DNA of 40,870 bases from positions 1 to 40,870 of IMG/VR virus record IMGVR_UViG_2917413769_000003. One strand, 5' to 3'. Both the position numbers and the translations under genes were made by a program. This document shows, one piece after another, positions 37,410 to 40,870 of the stretch. The notes beneath the pieces were generated by a model. It was not told the DNA's origin. It saw nothing but the letters and a program-made list of their open reading frames with translations, and ran no database searches. Within the stretch, counting starts at the first letter, position 1. Each line of letters starts with the position of its first letter. The stretch is from a virus. Lineage: Duplodnaviria > Heunggongvirae > Uroviricota > Caudoviricetes.

Positions 37410-38804
37410 TTGAGTAAAATCTTCACCCCCCGCCCCTACCAAAATCTCATTATCAACCACGAAATTGACTCTCTGCGCTGCAACATCTGGGCGGGCATGG
37501 GCATGGGTAAAACCGTGGCAACACTCACCACTCTGGAAGATCTCTTCATGGCGGGATCGGAGACGCAGCCCGCGCTGGTTCTCGCGCCGCTGCGCGTGGC
37601 AGCCAGCACCTGGCCGGATGAAGCGGTGAAATGGGGGCATCTGCGCAATATCGAGGTGCAGCCGATTGTCGGTAACGCCAAAGCACGCTCGGCGGCGCTA
37701 GCGAACAGCAACGCAAGCGTGTTCACCATCAACTACGACAATTTGGTCTGGCTGGTGGAAGAGCTGGGCGGCCGCTGGCCGTTCGGTACCGTCATCCCGG
37801 ACGAAAGCACCCGGCTGAAATCCTTCCGGCTGCGTGGGGGTGGCAAGCGTGCAGCGGCACTGGGCAAAGTGGCGCATAAGCATATCCGGCGCTGGATGAA
37901 TCTCACCGGTACGCCAGCGCCAAACGGTCTGGTGGATTTGTGGGGGCAGGCGTGGTTTGTCGACCAGGGGCAGCGCCTCGGACGCACTTACGGCGCGTTT
38001 ACCTCCCGCTGGTTCAACTCAATACAGTTTCCGGGGCAGAGCTGGACGAAGCTGGAGCCATTCGCCCATTCGCAGGACGAGATACAGCGAGCGCTGGCCG
38101 ACGTCACTATCTCACTGGACGCTGCCGACTGGTTCGACATCAAAGAGCCAATCCATAACGTGATCCGCGTGGGCATGCCGCCGAAGGCCCGTCAGCAGTA
38201 TCGCGAGATGGAAAAGGAAATGTTCCTTGAGCTCAACGGCGAGGGCATCGAAGCGCCGAATGCCGCGGCAAAAACAGTGAAGTGCCTGCAAATTGCCAGC
38301 GGCGCGGTGTACACCGACGACGCCGGGAGCTGGTCAGAACTGCACGACGCGAAGCTGCAGGCGCTGGACAGCATACTCACCGAAGCAGCTGGCGCACCGG
38401 TGCTGGTGGCCTACCACTGGAAGCACGATCTGGAGCGCCTGCTTAAAGCGTTCCCTAAAGGTCGCCATCTCGACCAGGATCCGCAGACGCTGCGCGACTG
38501 GAACGCCGGGGAAATCCCGGTGCTGTTCGCGCATCCCGCCAGCGCAGGTCACGGTCTGAACATGCAGGACGGCGGCAACATACTGGTGTTTTTCTCGCAC
38601 TGGTGGGATCTGGAGCAGTACCAGCAAATCATCGAACGCATTGGGCCAACCCGGCAGATTCAGGCCGGACACAACCGCCCGGTGTTCATTCACCACATCA
38701 TCGCTGCCGACACTATGGACGACATGGTGATGGAGCGGATGAACTCAAAACGAACAGTGCAGGACATCCTGCTCGATGCCATGAAGAAGAGAGGTATAGC
38801 ATGA
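37410..38804 (+). CDS. SNF2-family helicase (phage-type)
   Basis: 464 aa; TTG start with AGGT RBS; motifs RPYQ, GMGKT (Walker A), DEST (DExx box). Confidence 0.8.
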   Translation: MSKIFTPRPYQNLIINHEIDSLRCNIWAGMGMGKTVATLTTLEDLFMAGSETQPALVLAPLRVAASTWPDEAVKWGHLRNIEVQPIVGNAKARSAALANSNASVFTINYDNLVWLVEELGGRWPFGTVIPDESTRLKSFRLRGGGKRAAALGKVAHKHIRRWMNLTGTPAPNGLVDLWGQAWFVDQGQRLGRTYGAFTSRWFNSIQFPGQSWTKLEPFAHSQDEIQRALADVTISLDAADWFDIKEPIHNVIRVGMPPKARQQYREMEKEMFLELNGEGIEAPNAAAKTVKCLQIASGAVYTDDAGSWSELHDAKLQALDSILTEAAGAPVLVAYHWKHDLERLLKAFPKGRHLDQDPQTLRDWNAGEIPVLFAHPASAGHGLNMQDGGNILVFFSHWWDLEQYQQIIERIGPTRQIQAGHNRPVFIHHIIAADTMDDMVMERMNSKRTVQDILLDAMKKRGIA

Positions 38805-39001
38805 GCGAGCAACCCGACGATCTGCTCACCCCGGACGAGGTATGCCAGAAGCTGGGCATAACCCAGAAGACGTTATGCGACTGGAATATAAAGCACCGGC
38901 ATCGCGCCGTACTGGCCCCCATCCGTTTCAGCGCGAAAGTGGTTCGCTATGAGCGCCGTAACGTCGACGCCTTCATCCAGAAATGCCGCAGCCAGTATTA
39001 A
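38801..39001 (+). CDS. Excisionase / AlpA-like DNA-binding protein
   Basis: 66 aa in-frame part of ORF 38603..39001; ATG 38801 overlaps SNF2 stop; LLTPDEVCQKLGITQKTLCDW HTH; adjacent to integrase. Confidence 0.55.
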   Translation: MSEQPDDLLTPDEVCQKLGITQKTLCDWNIKHRHRAVLAPIRFSAKVVRYERRNVDAFIQKCRSQY

Positions 39002-40401
39002 CCCCGTCGCCGTAACAGCGCAGCCTGCGCGAGTATGCTCCGTTCGTGAGCCTCGAAGGCTTCGCGCTTCAACGCAATCTCTTCCTGCAAAATCTCGTCT
39101 GAAAAGTCGTAATGTTCTGCCATTGGGTCATCTGACTTGCTGGAGTGATGAAGGCACAGGAGGCTTATTTCCCTTCGATCTGATCGGGAATAACCTCTTT
39201 CCTTCATCAGGGCGATAACGTTGCTCTTAAGGAATTTACGGCACATCGTATTAAATGCCCCCTCTTTCCCTTTAATAGTCCCGTCATGCTTCATGCCTTT
39301 AACAGCGCCTTCCGGGCTATAGGTTTTCACCAGTTTATCCAGCGATCTTTTTGAAAATGGCTGCATTGGGTCACGCGGCTGCAGGAATACAAAATCGTTA
39401 TTGCACTCAGGAACTGAATCACGCCAGGCTTTCTGCTCGTCGATAATCCGCTGGATCTCTGGCGTTATTGGCAAGCGGAAAGCCTTTTGTGTTTTCATGG
39501 CCCCGCGCATACCGATAACTCCTTCCGGATAAACAATTTCGCCAGCATCTTCATTAATGTAATCCCAACGCAGGTTATGAACGTTAATCGGTCGAACGCC
39601 GGTAATAATCATATAGCGAACGGCGTTTTTCTGCTGTATTGAGGTACAGGCGGCCACGTTGAGCCAGAGCCGGGCGATGGATTCAATATCGGTAAAAAGT
39701 CGTGTCGGGGTGGGTTTCTGTACGCGGGAGGAAACATAATCGTCGGGCAGGCTGGCGGCAATGTTGCGGCCATTGCAAAGAGTGGGAGAGCAAAACTTCC
39801 AGAACCGACGAAGCTCGGCAAACAACTCCAGGGCGTTATTGTTCGAGCGAGTGGCGATCCATTCGTCCAGCACTTCCACCAGCCGAGGGTATGTCACGTC
39901 GCTGAACACTTCGCGCTCGCCGAACGTTGCTTTAATCCGGTCGATACGCACCCCGTAGGTGGTGAAACTGTCCGGGCTCAGCTTCTGCCGGGCCACTTTG
40001 GCTTTAAGGTCATCCCGGTACATTTCCAGCGCAGCATGGACGGACTCGGCTCGCAGGCCACCTTCGGCCATACCTGACGCCTTCTCGCGCGCCAGCTGAA
40101 TTGCGAGCTCCGGCCATTCGCCGAGCTTTTTACCTTTGAGCCCCATCTTTTTGGGAAACTCGGCGTAAAATGTAACCTTACCTGCTTTGCTGAAATCGAT
40201 GCGGAGATAGTTCTCTTTTTCGTATTTGGAACGGCGAGCCACGCCGGAAGCAGCGAGGATGGTTTTGGCGGCAGCAACACAGATTTTCATGTGTGCGCTG
40301 GTATAGGGAGGTTTACAGGCGTCCCACTTTTCAGACGCGGCTAAAACATCGTCATTATTGGGGCTATCCGGTTTATGTGTTACAGTGCGCGGCATTCTCA
40401 A
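38998..40401 (-). CDS. Tyrosine integrase
   Basis: 467 aa; C-terminal catalytic region with TGVRP (box I Arg) and LLCLHHSS...EHY (His/Tyr); at prophage end next to host gene. Confidence 0.8.
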   Translation of the reverse strand: MRMPRTVTHKPDSPNNDDVLAASEKWDACKPPYTSAHMKICVAAAKTILAASGVARRSKYEKENYLRIDFSKAGKVTFYAEFPKKMGLKGKKLGEWPELAIQLAREKASGMAEGGLRAESVHAALEMYRDDLKAKVARQKLSPDSFTTYGVRIDRIKATFGEREVFSDVTYPRLVEVLDEWIATRSNNNALELFAELRRFWKFCSPTLCNGRNIAASLPDDYVSSRVQKPTPTRLFTDIESIARLWLNVAACTSIQQKNAVRYMIITGVRPINVHNLRWDYINEDAGEIVYPEGVIGMRGAMKTQKAFRLPITPEIQRIIDEQKAWRDSVPECNNDFVFLQPRDPMQPFSKRSLDKLVKTYSPEGAVKGMKHDGTIKGKEGAFNTMCRKFLKSNVIALMKERGYSRSDRREISLLCLHHSSKSDDPMAEHYDFSDEILQEEIALKREAFEAHERSILAQAALLRRRG

Positions 40402-40600
40402 TCCTTATCTGCGTAAGCGCAGAAAACAAGCTCACACATGCAGGTCTTTACTACGGGACAAAATGCAATGTGTTGCGGTTTTGTGTTACTGGATTGAGTT
40501 TATCAGCGTTAAATACACTGGATCAACATACAGTAAGTTAATAATAGTGAAGAATGCGAATATGTCATAACTTACTGATTTCAAACTGCTTTAATGGTAA

Positions 40601-40870
<270 letters not shown>

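Noticed and set aside
37698-38696. Multiple alternative-frame ORFs inside the SNF2 helicase gene
   Set aside because: Nested within a motif-supported long ORF; typical GC-rich alternative-frame artefacts

Overview
This window is almost entirely one temperate prophage of about 40 kb (lambdoid regulation, myovirus-type contractile tail with a Mu-like baseplate), ending beside the host ferredoxin gene yfhL (40610..40870). The left prophage end lies beyond position 1. All calls rest on reading the six-frame track and the sequence by eye; protein family names come from motif recognition and gene order, not from any database search, so they are hypotheses to confirm with HMM or structure searches. 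Minus strand, right to left: cro, a primase-helicase, an iteron array, antiterminator Q, a three-gene accessory cluster, the lysis cassette, terminases, portal and head genes, neck, sheath and tube, tail chaperone, tape measure, baseplate, and a tail-fibre start cut by the window edge. Plus strand: cI, a promoter and structured leader, a nuclease/SSB/PolA replication-recombination operon, excisionase; the integrase is on the minus strand at the right end. The most interesting candidates for an undescribed system are the Maf-like/glycosyltransferase-like/methyltransferase cluster at the Q-holin junction (21176..23194), a low-GC lipoprotein gene with its own terminator inside the baseplate operon (3454..4179), and a low-GC opposite-strand gene between the VRR-NUC and SNF2 genes (36381..37307). 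An SPFH lipoprotein pair, a putative iteron origin, a tail-chaperone -1 frameshift and an apparently split baseplate hub gene are also reported.
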